Positions 1 through 9,833 of a DNA stretch of 64,000 nucleotides are shown here, one piece after another. The notes under the pieces are model-generated. The model worked only from the letters and a program-made list of their open reading frames with translations, did no database searches and was not told the DNA's origin. The stretch's first letter is position 1. Every line of letters starts with the position of its first letter. Made by a program: the position numbers and the translations under genes. This DNA is from Nitrososphaeria archaeon (GTDB taxonomy: Archaea > Thermoproteota > Nitrososphaeria > JACIWG01), in the NCBI GenBank assembly GCA_963752255.1, contig CAVVXT010000012.1, positions 32,001 through 96,000 of the forward strand, given 5' to 3'.

Positions 1-393
1 TAATATTGATGCGACTTCCGAATAGCTGGTGTCGTGGATAGTTGTAATCTTATTCTGGGCCTTGATCAGCCCACCGACATAGGGCTCCTGGATGTGGACG
101 ACATCGTAATTATTTCCTTCGATGATTCCTATTATTTTTCTGGTGAATGAAGCAATGTCATAAGGAATTAGAAGGTCGCGTGATATTGGTTGACCCTCCC
201 GGCTTATCATGGAACTTTTTGGGTCAATAAAGGTTACTTTCCCATTAGATTTTCTTGAGTCCCCAAAGGAAACGACGTCGACGTTTACCCCAAGTTGTTC
301 CAGTGAATTGACCAGGTTATACGTATGCGTGGCGACTCCACCAACGATAAATGGCGGATACTCTCTTCCGACGATTAGAACTCTAAGGCCCAT
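1..393 (-). CDS. GT4 glycosyltransferase, N-terminal part (runs off window)
   Basis: Not in the ORF track. My translation from ATG at 393 gives MGLRVLIVGREYPPFIVGGVATHTYNLVNSL...DVVHIQEP, a typical GT4 N-terminal EYPP..GG motif. Confidence 0.85.
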   Translation of the reverse strand, partial: MGLRVLIVGREYPPFIVGGVATHTYNLVNSLEQLGVNVDVVSFGDSRKSNGKVTFIDPKSSMISREGQPISRDLLIPYDIASFTRKIIGIIEGNNYDVVHIQEPYVGGLIKAQNKITTIHDTSYSEVASIL

Positions 394-417
394 CTGACGT
401 TCAATTGAAGTTGTTAG

Positions 418-1355
418 TTAATACAAGACTTGGTTGATGAGCGTATTTATGTTATTTTCGGGTTTAACCAAGAAAATTTGTGAAAGTTTCTGAAAGTTAC
501 TGAAGGCTCTATTAGGTTTTGACGAAGCTGTAGTTATGGCGTATATGTTGTCTTCATATCTTTTCAGATCTTCTATTGCCTGGTCTAAACTTACAATGCC
601 TGAAGCGAGAATGTTGATGGCTATGATTTTGCTTTTCCTACTTACCTCTTTAATCGCATTTTCAACCCCATCCTTACTTTCTGCCATTTGATAACCCACT
701 CTGTTGATCGGTGTCACTGATATATTCTGGAAAGTGACCACTTTTTTTGAGAGAATTGGACAAAGAACTAAAATTCCTTGTCTCCAAACCGAATCCGACC
801 TTGAATCTAGGTATTCATGTAACGTTCTAAGGGCTTTATTGAATCCATAAGGTCAAATGCTATAAAAAGTTCAGTTAACACTTCATGTAATAGAATACCC
901 TTGATGTTTTTTCTAGGCAAGATTTCAAAGTAGGGGATAAGCTCCGATTCAAGAAAAAGGCCCGCTAACCTATCTAACTTTAGGGTTAAAAGTGATACGA
1001 GAGCGTCTGAAATAGACATTTTGCCGCTGAAGAATTCCCTTAACTTAGATTTGATAAGCGCTGGCGTGCCGTCAACGTTGCTTTTTCTAACGTATGATTG
1101 TGAATAAGGCACAAGGATATAGTAGTTCATCTTTCCCAGAAGTGCTTTATCAGAATCATGGAAGTATGTTAGAAGCTCCAGATTGCTTTCGTGGCTCGAA
1201 AAAGTGAACCCTGTCGCACCTCCTTTTAAGGCCGCTCTAACTACGTTAGCTTTATTCTCTAATTGACATTCTTTATCCTCCTCCTTAGCCTTTTCCTGAC
1301 ATAGATGACTGACTCCGATGAAAGCGTTATCCCCCAGTAAGAGTTCCCTGACCAT
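418..1355 (-). CDS. Conserved hypothetical protein (AKR/TIM-barrel-like), split by two frameshifts
   Basis: ORFs 807..1355 and 418..741 are bridged by a third frame reading RFKVGFGLETRNFSSL...HFPEYI. Motifs are LLGDNAFIGVSH, TPINRVGYQM and AINILASG. Confidence 0.65.
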
Positions 1356-2401
1356 TACATTTGAGCCTTCCGATACAGTTGGTCAACTAAATACATTGTT
1401 TCACGCACATTCTCCAAACTGGTCAGAGGCTCTTCTGATGAACAAATACTTTGTAGAAAATGCATGTTTTCTAGGGTAAACTCGGGATCGCCGAGGTTAA
1501 CTGGAGGCGTACTCTGATAGTAATTGGGCTTGTACAGCTCTAACTTATTTCTTTTTTCGGGATAGTTCGGTGTATATTCTACCCTAAGGTAATCTTCAGT
1601 AACCTCCAAAGTTCCCTTAGAACCCCTGATCATGATATAAGTTAAAGGCACCCTATGTTCAGGGCTTGACCATGTTGTCTCAACAAAAACATCGGCTCCT
1701 TTAGCAGTCTTCATGGTAAATTCAAAATAGTCATCTACATTTGTAAAAATCTTTCTGAAGCTAGATGATTTTACCGCGTCTATTTTTAATATCCAATTAA
1801 GGAGGTCTACTAGATGTATCCCTAAATCAAGCAACACACCCCTACCAATATTGTCGAATCTATCCGTAGGTGTTAATATGTCACTTGACTTTATGTAAGA
1901 AGATACATTTTCTATCTTGCCAATTTCACCTTCTGAAATTATATTTTTTGCGTGCCTAAATGGTAGCGCAAACCTCTTCTGGAACCCTACCATAACCCTT
2001 TTGCTTGATCCTTTCTTGTTAATCAGAATCCCAAGTTGTCGTGAGTCTACTGTTGGCGGCTTTTCTACAAATATGTTTTCAACTTGAGACTCAAGCAGTC
2101 TAGAAACAATGTTATAATGTGAACCAGCTGGTGTAGTCACGTAAACCGTATCAGGATTAATTTTTCGCAGCATTTCATCCAAATCTCTATAAAATTTGGT
2201 ACACTTGATGATCTTTGACGCGCCAAAGGTAAGTAGACGCCCTTTGTCAACGACGGCTTTGACACTTCCGGGCTTGAGCAGGTTAAGAATTCCACTGTGT
2301 AATGCACCCATCTTTCCAAAACCTACAATGGAGATGTTGAAATCCTGATTCATGTAACTTTTCCAATTCTCAACTTCTTTGAGAATTTTTTCTGTAGACA
2401 T
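1355..2401 (-). CDS. Gfo/Idh/MocA family oxidoreductase
   Basis: IVGFGKMG Rossmann motif, EKP, GFQKRF, DLGIHLVD. Confidence 0.92.
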   Translation of the reverse strand: MSTEKILKEVENWKSYMNQDFNISIVGFGKMGALHSGILNLLKPGSVKAVVDKGRLLTFGASKIIKCTKFYRDLDEMLRKINPDTVYVTTPAGSHYNIVSRLLESQVENIFVEKPPTVDSRQLGILINKKGSSKRVMVGFQKRFALPFRHAKNIISEGEIGKIENVSSYIKSSDILTPTDRFDNIGRGVLLDLGIHLVDLLNWILKIDAVKSSSFRKIFTNVDDYFEFTMKTAKGADVFVETTWSSPEHRVPLTYIMIRGSKGTLEVTEDYLRVEYTPNYPEKRNKLELYKPNYYQSTPPVNLGDPEFTLENMHFLQSICSSEEPLTSLENVRETMYLVDQLYRKAQM

Positions 2402-2420
2402 AAAGTAACACGATATGGAT

Positions 2421-3353
2421 TTACTGAACGTTATGATTGTTGTTATTCGTAACCTTGTTCAGTCTTTCGATCATCCTGTATTCCATCCTTTTTATGTATA
2501 GTGCCATAATAGATAGTAGTAGTGATATCATTCCTACGCCACCTATCGTAACCCCCATTATTGCCCAGACGAAGTGATTCACTCCCATAAATAGTAAAGA
2601 AATAGTAACATATGAAAGTATTATTGCCGCGGGAAAGAGGAAAAATGAACCTGCGGCTAGTATTACGAACGTCGGATTATATCTTAAGGCAAGCCTTATT
2701 ATATCCCTAAGTATAGTCAGTCCTTGAGTTTTACGTAGCTTTGCTTTTCCAAGTCTGGATCTATAGTTGGCGTTTACATCTTTAATCTTTCTAGATGTAG
2801 TCGCCACAAGAGCGGCCATTTCTACTTCCAGACTAAAGCCTCTGAGCTCAAACCAGAGATCTTTCCCGACATCGGTTTTAAGCAGGTACATACCTGATAA
2901 AACGTCTTTCAATCCGGTTCCGAAAAGTAAGTTAAAGAAACCAGTTATCAACCTATTACCTAGCCTGTTTAACAAGGGCATATTCTTTTTGCCTTCAGTT
3001 CTCGCTGCTATGACTTCATCATTATTCTCTGCAATTTTGATCATATTTTCTACGTCATTAGGATCATATGTATTGTCTCCGTCCATAACCAAAACGTACT
3101 TGGTATCTATGAGTTGAAGAACCGATTTTATCGCATCCGCTTTACCCTTTCCGTCTTGAACTACGACTTCAACACCTTTCAAGCGCGTTATCTCAAGTGT
3201 TCCGTCTGTGGAATGGCCATCTACGACTAACATCTTTGTAAAGCCGCATTGTTTAAGTTCGTCAATCACATTGCCTATCGCTAAAGCCTCATTTAGAGTG
3301 GGTATGACGACCGTTATTTCATCCTTTGACGGCGTTCGATGGTTTTGGATCAT
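2421..3353 (-). CDS. GT2 glycosyltransferase (dolichol-phosphate glycosyltransferase-like) with C-terminal TM helices
   Basis: VVIPTLNE, VDGHSTDGT, DGDNTYDP, DVLSGM, and two C-terminal hydrophobic segments. Confidence 0.9.
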   Translation of the reverse strand: MIQNHRTPSKDEITVVIPTLNEALAIGNVIDELKQCGFTKMLVVDGHSTDGTLEITRLKGVEVVVQDGKGKADAIKSVLQLIDTKYVLVMDGDNTYDPNDVENMIKIAENNDEVIAARTEGKKNMPLLNRLGNRLITGFFNLLFGTGLKDVLSGMYLLKTDVGKDLWFELRGFSLEVEMAALVATTSRKIKDVNANYRSRLGKAKLRKTQGLTILRDIIRLALRYNPTFVILAAGSFFLFPAAIILSYVTISLLFMGVNHFVWAIMGVTIGGVGMISLLLSIMALYIKRMEYRMIERLNKVTNNNNHNVQ

Positions 3354-3381
3354 GATTTATGACTTTACAAACATTTTTTCT

Positions 3382-3984
3382 TTAGGACCGCAGGGAAGCG
3401 AATTTTCTCTTTAATGCTCCTAAACCTAAGCATATACTCAAAAAGGAGAGTGAAAGTAAGACAGAATATAGTCTTACGCCGAAGGGGGTATAGCTCAGTA
3501 CGAGCGCTATTAGCGGTATAATTGTCAGCGATATTCCCATAGATAACGCTACTCTCTCAATTTGCGATAGCTCTTCTTTTTTATGATATAGGATTTCAAT
3601 CAACGTCGAACCTGGAATGTATAGTACGAAGATGGAGCCGAGTAAATATCGTATGTAGACGAATGGTCCAAGAGGCACATAAACTGACATGATTGTAGAT
3701 GCGACCAATACCGACAGAGCCCAAAACCAAGCAGAATATGAGCTGAACAGGTAGGATCTCAAGGTTGACGGAGGGCTAGGGTCATAAAGATGAATTAGCC
3801 CTTCTTGATTTAACGTATAGATCTTCTTAACTATCTCGTGCCTTTTGATTTTCGTTGAATCGGAGAGAACCTTTATAGCTTCGCTTAACTTTGATCCTTC
3901 ATTTTTTCTGAAGAACTCTAAAACCTCGTTTGAACTTTCTGATTCTAAGCTGAAGCCGTTATGTTCAACCAAAGTTGGTTCCAT
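3382..3984 (-). CDS. DUF1616-type membrane protein (TM half) with N-terminal wHTH-like region
   Basis: YIPG...ERVALSMGISL...YTPFGVRL is the DUF1616 TM signature. The N-terminal ~65 aa have a helix-turn-helix/wing-like pattern. Confidence 0.7.
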   Translation of the reverse strand: MEPTLVEHNGFSLESESSNEVLEFFRKNEGSKLSEAIKVLSDSTKIKRHEIVKKIYTLNQEGLIHLYDPSPPSTLRSYLFSSYSAWFWALSVLVASTIMSVYVPLGPFVYIRYLLGSIFVLYIPGSTLIEILYHKKEELSQIERVALSMGISLTIIPLIALVLSYTPFGVRLYSVLLSLSFLSICLGLGALKRKFASLRS

Positions 3985-4424
3985 TTTCCGCTATATTGTA
4001 CTCCTTCTTTTTCCAAAGTCCACATCTCAAAAATTATTTTTGCATCAGTCACGGGTTTAGAAAAGGTTAATTTTATTGTTAAAGTAGTGTTTTGCTCTCT
4101 TGGAAGGATAATTTCGTAAGAAGAAATTATGGGGGCATTCGCAGGCTGAGTAGCATTGACGATCGTATTAGAGCTTCCGAGTTTGACGTATACGATATAG
4201 TAGGTGGTCTGTGCTTCATAGTTGGCGACGTAAAGGTAGAGGTTGAGGGTTTCGTTGACCTGCAAACTGTTTGGGTAGTAACCTATCTTCATCTCAGGCC
4301 CAAGAATTGCAATTTCTGAAAATGGTTCACTGACCCTTTCACCTAATATTGGAGAAGAGACTGCAAATATGCCTCCTACAACTATGAGAGCTAGCACTAG
4401 GGCTGTCACCTCATCGTCAATCAA
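3945..4424 (-). CDS. DUF1616-type protein (extracellular half) with N-terminal TM
   Basis: EPFSEIAILG...YYP...VANYE...Y motif and a C-terminal LWLNI. Confidence 0.7.
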   Translation of the reverse strand: MIDDEVTALVLALIVVGGIFAVSSPILGERVSEPFSEIAILGPEMKIGYYPNSLQVNETLNLYLYVANYEAQTTYYIVYVKLGSSNTIVNATQPANAPIISSYEIILPREQNTTLTIKLTFSKPVTDAKIIFEMWTLEKEGVQYSGKWNQLWLNITASA

Positions 4425-4891
4425 CTAGGTCTCACCCTCCAATTTGCTCGGTATTTCGCCCAACTACTCCACAATATTCTTGGCAGGTAGAGGTAAACGA
4501 ACGCACATGCAACCGCAATAAATGCTATCGTCGAAACAAGCCAAACGTCTGTCGAGAGCGTCCTGCTCTCACCTTCCTTTATCAGGGAGGGTATCGAACT
4601 GTTTACGTTGTCAATTATTGATGAAGCCTGGGGTAGGAGAGGGCTGTCCGAGCTGTTTCCTTCCGCTTGATCGATAAGCTGCAAAGCCATGTTAAGTTCC
4701 TGAGCTGGAAGGGTCACGTTTGCGCCCATTCTTTCCGCATCCTGGAGCCTAAAAAATGTGGACTTTACGTAATCCTTTAGTTTTAAAGCTTCTGTTGAAT
4801 CATCCGTTTGGGCCTCCGTTCTAAATGACGAGAAAAAGGTATTTGAAAATAGAACTATGATCAATAAGAATACAAACAGCCTGCTTCTCAT
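4421..4891 (-). CDS. Hypothetical membrane protein (signal peptide, helical domain, C-terminal TM)
   Basis: N-terminal hydrophobic stretch, AERMGANV motif, C-terminal TM with basic tail. Overlaps the next gene by 4 nt. Confidence 0.7.
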   Translation of the reverse strand: MRSRLFVFLLIIVLFSNTFFSSFRTEAQTDDSTEALKLKDYVKSTFFRLQDAERMGANVTLPAQELNMALQLIDQAEGNSSDSPLLPQASSIIDNVNSSIPSLIKEGESRTLSTDVWLVSTIAFIAVACAFVYLYLPRILWSSWAKYRANWRVRPS

Positions 4892-4931
4892 TTAAGTCAT
4901 TAACTAAATTTTTTTGCTTTGATTATCTGTT

Positions 4932-5885
4932 CTAGAACCGTAGGGCCAGCAGGTATAATGTCACGTTACTTAGACCGTGAGCTAGCACTGGGGATATGAG
5001 ACTGTTCGTCTTTATCATCAGATAACCAAATACGGAGGAAACGAGGAAAACGGATAGGATTTCAAACGGATTAGACCACCCAATCTGGAACAAGGAAAAA
5101 ATTATTGACGTAAGGTAGATCGACTGACCTTGTGTAAGAAATCCTGTCATATGAGTCTGAATTATACCCCTGAACAATAATTCTTCAGTAAGGCCGACAA
5201 AGATGATCATGAAGATTGCGACGTAAACTATGTTCTGAAGAAGGTTTGGTCCTATGCTGTTAGTCTTCGGATTTAAAACCAAATACTGGAAGAGCCCTAA
5301 CAATAACCCTGAGGCGATTCCTGCAAGCACCTGCCAGCTTAACTTGGTTGTACCCCTCCATAGTCCAACCTTATCTAATGATATCCTCCTGAACCATAAA
5401 TACAGTATTATGTCAGTAACCAGTATAGTATATGCTATGGGGAGAATTAGAGCCGACTCCAGTACTTGGACTGGAAATGGAAAAAGGACTATCTTGACGG
5501 CAAAGAGAATGCCGCTCGCTTCGAGGACGATTCTGACATCTTCCCCTTTATTTCTCAATAATGCGCCGAAGAGTGGAAGAACAAGAAAGCCGCCGAAGGC
5601 TAACATGATACCATATAGGGCGTAGGCACCGCTCAAAAGGAATCCGTCGACGAAAGCGAGAACCATTACGATGTATGCGACCGATAAAATCCTGATCCTT
5701 CTAAACTCGATGATGTATGATACAAACAGTCCGGTTGACACAAAAATAAGGTTAAAGAAAAAAAGGCTGTAAGGATATTTAAAGTAGAAGAACAGTCCTA
5801 AATAGGATAATAAAGCCGCTATGGTAGACAGTGAGGCTGCTGTAATTATATCGTATGGAAATTCCAATGTGCTGCTAAACTTCAA
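4932..5885 (-). CDS. CPBP (CAAX/Abi) family intramembrane glutamic endopeptidase
   Basis: EELLFRG, FSLFQ (family FxxxH position) and LAHGLSN motifs; polytopic. Confidence 0.85.
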   Translation of the reverse strand: MKFSSTLEFPYDIITAASLSTIAALLSYLGLFFYFKYPYSLFFFNLIFVSTGLFVSYIIEFRRIRILSVAYIVMVLAFVDGFLLSGAYALYGIMLAFGGFLVLPLFGALLRNKGEDVRIVLEASGILFAVKIVLFPFPVQVLESALILPIAYTILVTDIILYLWFRRISLDKVGLWRGTTKLSWQVLAGIASGLLLGLFQYLVLNPKTNSIGPNLLQNIVYVAIFMIIFVGLTEELLFRGIIQTHMTGFLTQGQSIYLTSIIFSLFQIGWSNPFEILSVFLVSSVFGYLMIKTNSLISPVLAHGLSNVTLYLLALRF

Positions 5886-5911
5886 TTTTCTTACTTATCC
5901 ATTTTACATTG

Positions 5912-6295
5912 TTAGGCCATAAGGTTTAGAATTCCAAATAGGACTATAAAAGTAAAAAGAATTACAAGTATTGAAGCAGGCGTCATCCAACTTTTTCTAA
6001 ATTCCTCTATAATTTTCCTACTTGGACCATACGACGGATCAGCTAATTCAACGTAAATAACCGTAGCTAGCGTGAGAATGGTTATGACTAGACTGCTCTG
6101 GAAAAATGTATTTCCAAATATTGCTGTCAACTGGGACTGATCTAATGTCGTTGTATTAAAAACCATCGTGCCAAGAAAGTTTGTGCTAATCACCGTGGAT
6201 AAGCCGTAAAGGTTGGAGTTTACCCTAAGTAATCCTATTAAAGCCACTAGAAGGATGTAAATGCCTATGATGATCTGTGGCCGGCGGTCTCTCAT
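5912..6295 (-). CDS. Hypothetical 3-TM membrane protein
   Basis: 127-aa ORF with three hydrophobic segments, co-oriented with the operon. Confidence 0.65.
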   Translation of the reverse strand: MRDRRPQIIIGIYILLVALIGLLRVNSNLYGLSTVISTNFLGTMVFNTTTLDQSQLTAIFGNTFFQSSLVITILTLATVIYVELADPSYGPSRKIIEEFRKSWMTPASILVILFTFIVLFGILNLMA

Positions 6296-6390
6296 TAAAA
6301 ACGCAATTTGATGTTCATGTTTTTAACATTACTCTAGAACTGTGTTCTTAACTTTTACCGTTTATTATCCAGAGAATGTTTCTATTTGCT

Positions 6391-6660
6391 CTATGGTGTT
6401 GCAGATCCTGCTTCTTCATCTTTTACAGTTTTCATCTCTTTTTCTATTTCCTTTTCTATTTCCTCGATCGGCTTAGGTGGAGGTGTTGTCGCAAGCGTGT
6501 ACCCTATCCATCCGACTACGACTAGACCTGCCGCAATGATTAGGAAGACGGTAATCTGAAGCACTATTGTTGAAAATGAGTACATCAGGAATCCGTAAAC
6601 AATTATCCCAATAATGCTTACTATAAGAAGAAGTGCCCCGATCAACTGATCTTTATTCAT
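6391..6660 (-). CDS. Conserved small 2-TM archaeal protein (TPPPKPIEEIEKE), copy A
   Basis: Two TM helices and a charged tail; clear paralog at 35162..35425. Confidence 0.85.
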   Translation of the reverse strand: MNKDQLIGALLLIVSIIGIIVYGFLMYSFSTIVLQITVFLIIAAGLVVVGWIGYTLATTPPPKPIEEIEKEIEKEMKTVKDEEAGSATP

Positions 6661-6670
6661 CTTCTATCAC

Positions 6671-7081
6671 CTATTTTGTATACGTGTAAGGGTTTATAAC
6701 AGTACCCCAATATATAGCAAAGCTCCTGTCGCTTGACCATAAAGCAGCCTCCATGTAGCCGCAACTAACGGCGTATTTTGCTAATCTATACGCTGATTTT
6801 ATGCCAAGTAGGTAATTTCTGTACGCAAAGGAAGTAAGTTCGGTTATTTCCTTGACTATTCTTGTTATGGCACGAAGTAGCTCCATGCTCCTGAACCTTA
6901 TCTCTAGCTTGGAGCTGAGTAGGAGCAGACTCCTGTCCATCTTTTCTAACTTTCTCCACGCACCAGACCTTCTCGCCTTGATTATTATTTTAGCGAGGTC
7001 AGCCCTTATCCTTCCGCTGGTGTTGAGGAGAATTCCATTATTTTCTCTCATGATTTCATATTTACTTTTGAACCCTTGCAT
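6671..7081 (-). CDS. Basic hypothetical protein heading a glycosylation/membrane operon (paralog of 28445..28867)
   Basis: Shares KARRxGxWxKxExMDR...FRSxELLRAIxRI...RNYLLGxKxAYRxAxYA with 28445..28867. Confidence 0.8.
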   Translation of the reverse strand: MQGFKSKYEIMRENNGILLNTSGRIRADLAKIIIKARRSGAWRKLEKMDRSLLLLSSKLEIRFRSMELLRAITRIVKEITELTSFAYRNYLLGIKSAYRLAKYAVSCGYMEAALWSSDRSFAIYWGTVINPYTYTK

Positions 7082-7278
7082 ACAATCTTAATGGCTGTCC
7101 CAAAATGGTAAATAAGTTCTTGCTTGTATCTCAATGGGATATTTGGTCTATTTTGATGTGAATATCATATTTTTAGTTTACATTAAGAGATAAAACACAT
7201 AGAAAAAAGACAGTTATGGGACACATTTCCAGCGGTTCCAGGCACTTTTTAGAGCGTTTAACCTATAAATTGTATACC

Positions 7279-7455
7279 TGGGTTGTCAACATTCCAAGGG
7301 AGTTCTATGACTTTGAAGACTTCGATAGCGGGAAGTGGGACAACTGCCACCTTATCCTCCCAAAAAACGGCGAAGTGCTATCAGGTGCAAGAAGGGAGTG
7401 GCAGTACGACAAGATTGTAAAGAAGATCGAAAGGGATGAAGTGAAGAAAGAAAAT
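7279..7455 (+). pseudogene. Internal fragment of asnA (duplicate of 37813..37989)
   Basis: 177 bp colinear with the intact asnA, 9 mismatches by my count; flanks are unrelated. Confidence 0.9.
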
Positions 7456-7879
7456 GTTAAAATTATATAATCTTAACTGCTAACCCAAAATGTTCAGATG
7501 GGTGTGTTTGGCCTTCTATGTCGGGGACGTTTCGGGCATGAAATTAGGAAACCATACTAACCTCTATGACTTATTTCAAACAGGTTTTTATCAATTTGTT
7601 TGACGGCACCATCTCTTTTCTTAACATCAGAGCCGAACAGGAGTCCTTCGATAAATGGCAGGCTGAAGGCCACATATAGAGCCGTCCCTTACCTAGAGCC
7701 AATATATTTGGATGCGCATAGGAAACTTTTGGGTTATATCTTGTTACTGAACCTATAGTGCTGATAGGTATGCGACCATATAATAGGGGATAATGATGGT
7801 GCCCTTTGATTTGCTATAACCGACGCCACAATAAAGAAGCTAGTTTCTGTGCTTTGTGGGGCTGCGTATGTGCTTCGTG

Positions 7880-9462
7880 TCAAGTCTTATGGATTTTCAA
7901 CATCAGTTTTTCGATAAGGCTTAATGGTAGGCTGAGCAACTTTGATAGTGGCCCAAGTCCTTTTATCATCTCTTTTATGTTTTCTATGTCCGCTCTTTTA
8001 ACTGCTCCTATGAGTGAGGCTAATATTATGTATGTTGCTAAAAAGGCTGTGGCTCCGATGATAAGTTCTATCCAGCTTGGAAGAGACAGCTGAGATAGGA
8101 TGAGGTATGCGGCTAGAGCGGAGAGTGTAGAGGCTGAAAGTATTTTGGTTGAAGACACCCAGTCTATCGATGCTGCATAATGCCTTCTAACGTACCAGAG
8201 CGCCGCTATCAGGCTTGGTATTCCGGCAATGAGCGTTGTTACGATTAAGCCGATTATTCCAAGCCTAGGAATCAATACTAAGCTTAGGGGAAGACCTATT
8301 GCCACAGTTACAAGAGTTAGTTTCATGTTGACTTCTGTCCTTCCTTGGCTGCTTATGAGATTCCCCACGCTTAAGCTTCCGAATGCCGTGTAAAGGTAGC
8401 TTATGGCCAAGAGTGTTAGGTAGAATGGTGCATAAGAGTATTTCTCGCCGAATATTGTAGCGACGCCTGGTTGTGATAGAGCCATGATAGCAGCCGCTAC
8501 TGGCACTACGAGGAGTGATGCGTACTTTACCGAGAGCTGGAAGATGCTCCTTAGCGTCCCATCTTCATGTTTTGGGTTCAGTTTTGAGAAAGCTGGAAAA
8601 AGCACGGTGGAGATCGGCGTGGAGAAGAAGGCGATTAGGACGACAAAGTTTGTTGCCACAGAATAGTTTCCAATCAATGCATCGGTGCAATATATCACGG
8701 ACTAGAAAGTTGTAGAACTGCGAAAGAAAACCGCCTAAGATAGATGATATTGAGAGGGGTAGCCCAAACCTGAGCATGGTTTTCACGGTTTCCACAATCT
8801 TCAGCCCATCCTCGTTTGGGCTGTGAATTTTCCTGTAAACCATGACGTACAACAGTAGAACGCCGATCAATCCCGCGGCCAAGACCGCTATTGTGCTTCC
8901 CAGTATTGCTCCGAAGGCTCCGAGTCCTAAGATTACCTAGGAGTGGCGCCAGAACTGTTTTGAGGACTGATTGGCACACCATCGTGATGCTGGTTAGCTC
9001 CATTTTCTCGTAGCCCGTAAAAAAAGATTGAGATGCTGTAAGGAGGGCTCCAGCGAAGACTGTGAAGGATGCCACCTGAATCAGGGGCGTTGTTTCCGGG
9101 CGGTTAAAGATGTTCGTTGCTATGAAGCCTGCAAGAAAAAATAGGATAAGGGAAAGGAAGAAGCCTGAAATCAGCTCAAAGAATAACCCAGCGGCAAGAA
9201 GGCTCTTCACCTCAGACGCTTTGTTTTCTGACCTATATTGAGCCGTATACTTTATCAGTGCTGAGTCCACGCCCCAGTCTCTGAACATCGTTACAAGGCC
9301 TGGAGCCGTCAAAGCGACCATGACTAAGCCGTATTCAGATGGAGACAGAAGCCTGGCAACAACTATGATACCTACCGCTGATATGACCGTTGAAACCGCT
9401 AAGCCCCACAAGAGGTTGAAACCTCCCCTGGCAGAAACCTTAGCCATCTCCGCCGCTTTCAC
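7880..9462 (-). CDS. Oligosaccharide flippase (Wzx/MOP family), two frameshifts (~8937 and ~8702)
   Basis: VARLLSPSEYG, FGLPL, LFPAFS and polytopic character, spread across ORFs 8695..9462, 8565..8882 and 7880..8698. Confidence 0.88.
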
Positions 9463-9519
9463 AGTAAAAACTCCTCCCTCTCCACCTCCTGCATCAATAT
9501 TAAAGCGTTAACACTTAAC

Positions 9520-9795
9520 GTACTCTTTCGCTGAGCAGGTTCGATGAGTCTTTCTCCTTTAGAATTTCCACAATTTTCTTCGCTGCGTTTCCGTCTCCAA
9601 ATGGTTTTCCCTTAAACCTTACTTTTATTCCATCATATTTTTCTTCAACGGCCCTTATGGCTTGAGCTATCTTTTCTGCGTCTGCGCCTACAACTCGGTT
9701 CGCGCCGGCTCCAACTGTTTCCGTCTATTCCGTCGAGTCTCTGAGTGTTATGCATGGGGTTTAAGACCAGAAGGCTTCTTTCTGCAGCCCTCCCG
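9520..9795 (-). pseudogene. C-terminal remnant of UDP-GlcNAc 2-epimerase (wecB)
   Basis: My translation: GGLQKEAFWS*TPCITLRDSTE*TETVGAGANRVVG...KPFGDGNAAKKIVEIL, with in-frame stops. Confidence 0.85.
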
Positions 9796-9833
9796 TTTAC
9801 ATCTATCCAATTATTCTAATCTTTTTTATTCTT

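Larger units (their letters stand above)
5896..6722. repeat. Degenerate direct repeat, copy A (homologous to 35072..35487)
   Basis: 5896-5954 aligns with 35072-35130, and 6351-6722 aligns with 35131-35487. Confidence 0.85.

Noticed and set aside
6382-6393. In-frame TAG-Ser-Lys-TAG at the end of small TM gene copy A
   Set aside because: The paralog has GAG at this position, so this is a simple point change removing three residues.
7470-7880. Possible gene remnant between the asnA fragment and the flippase
   Set aside because: Only short open stretches with no motif I could recognise.
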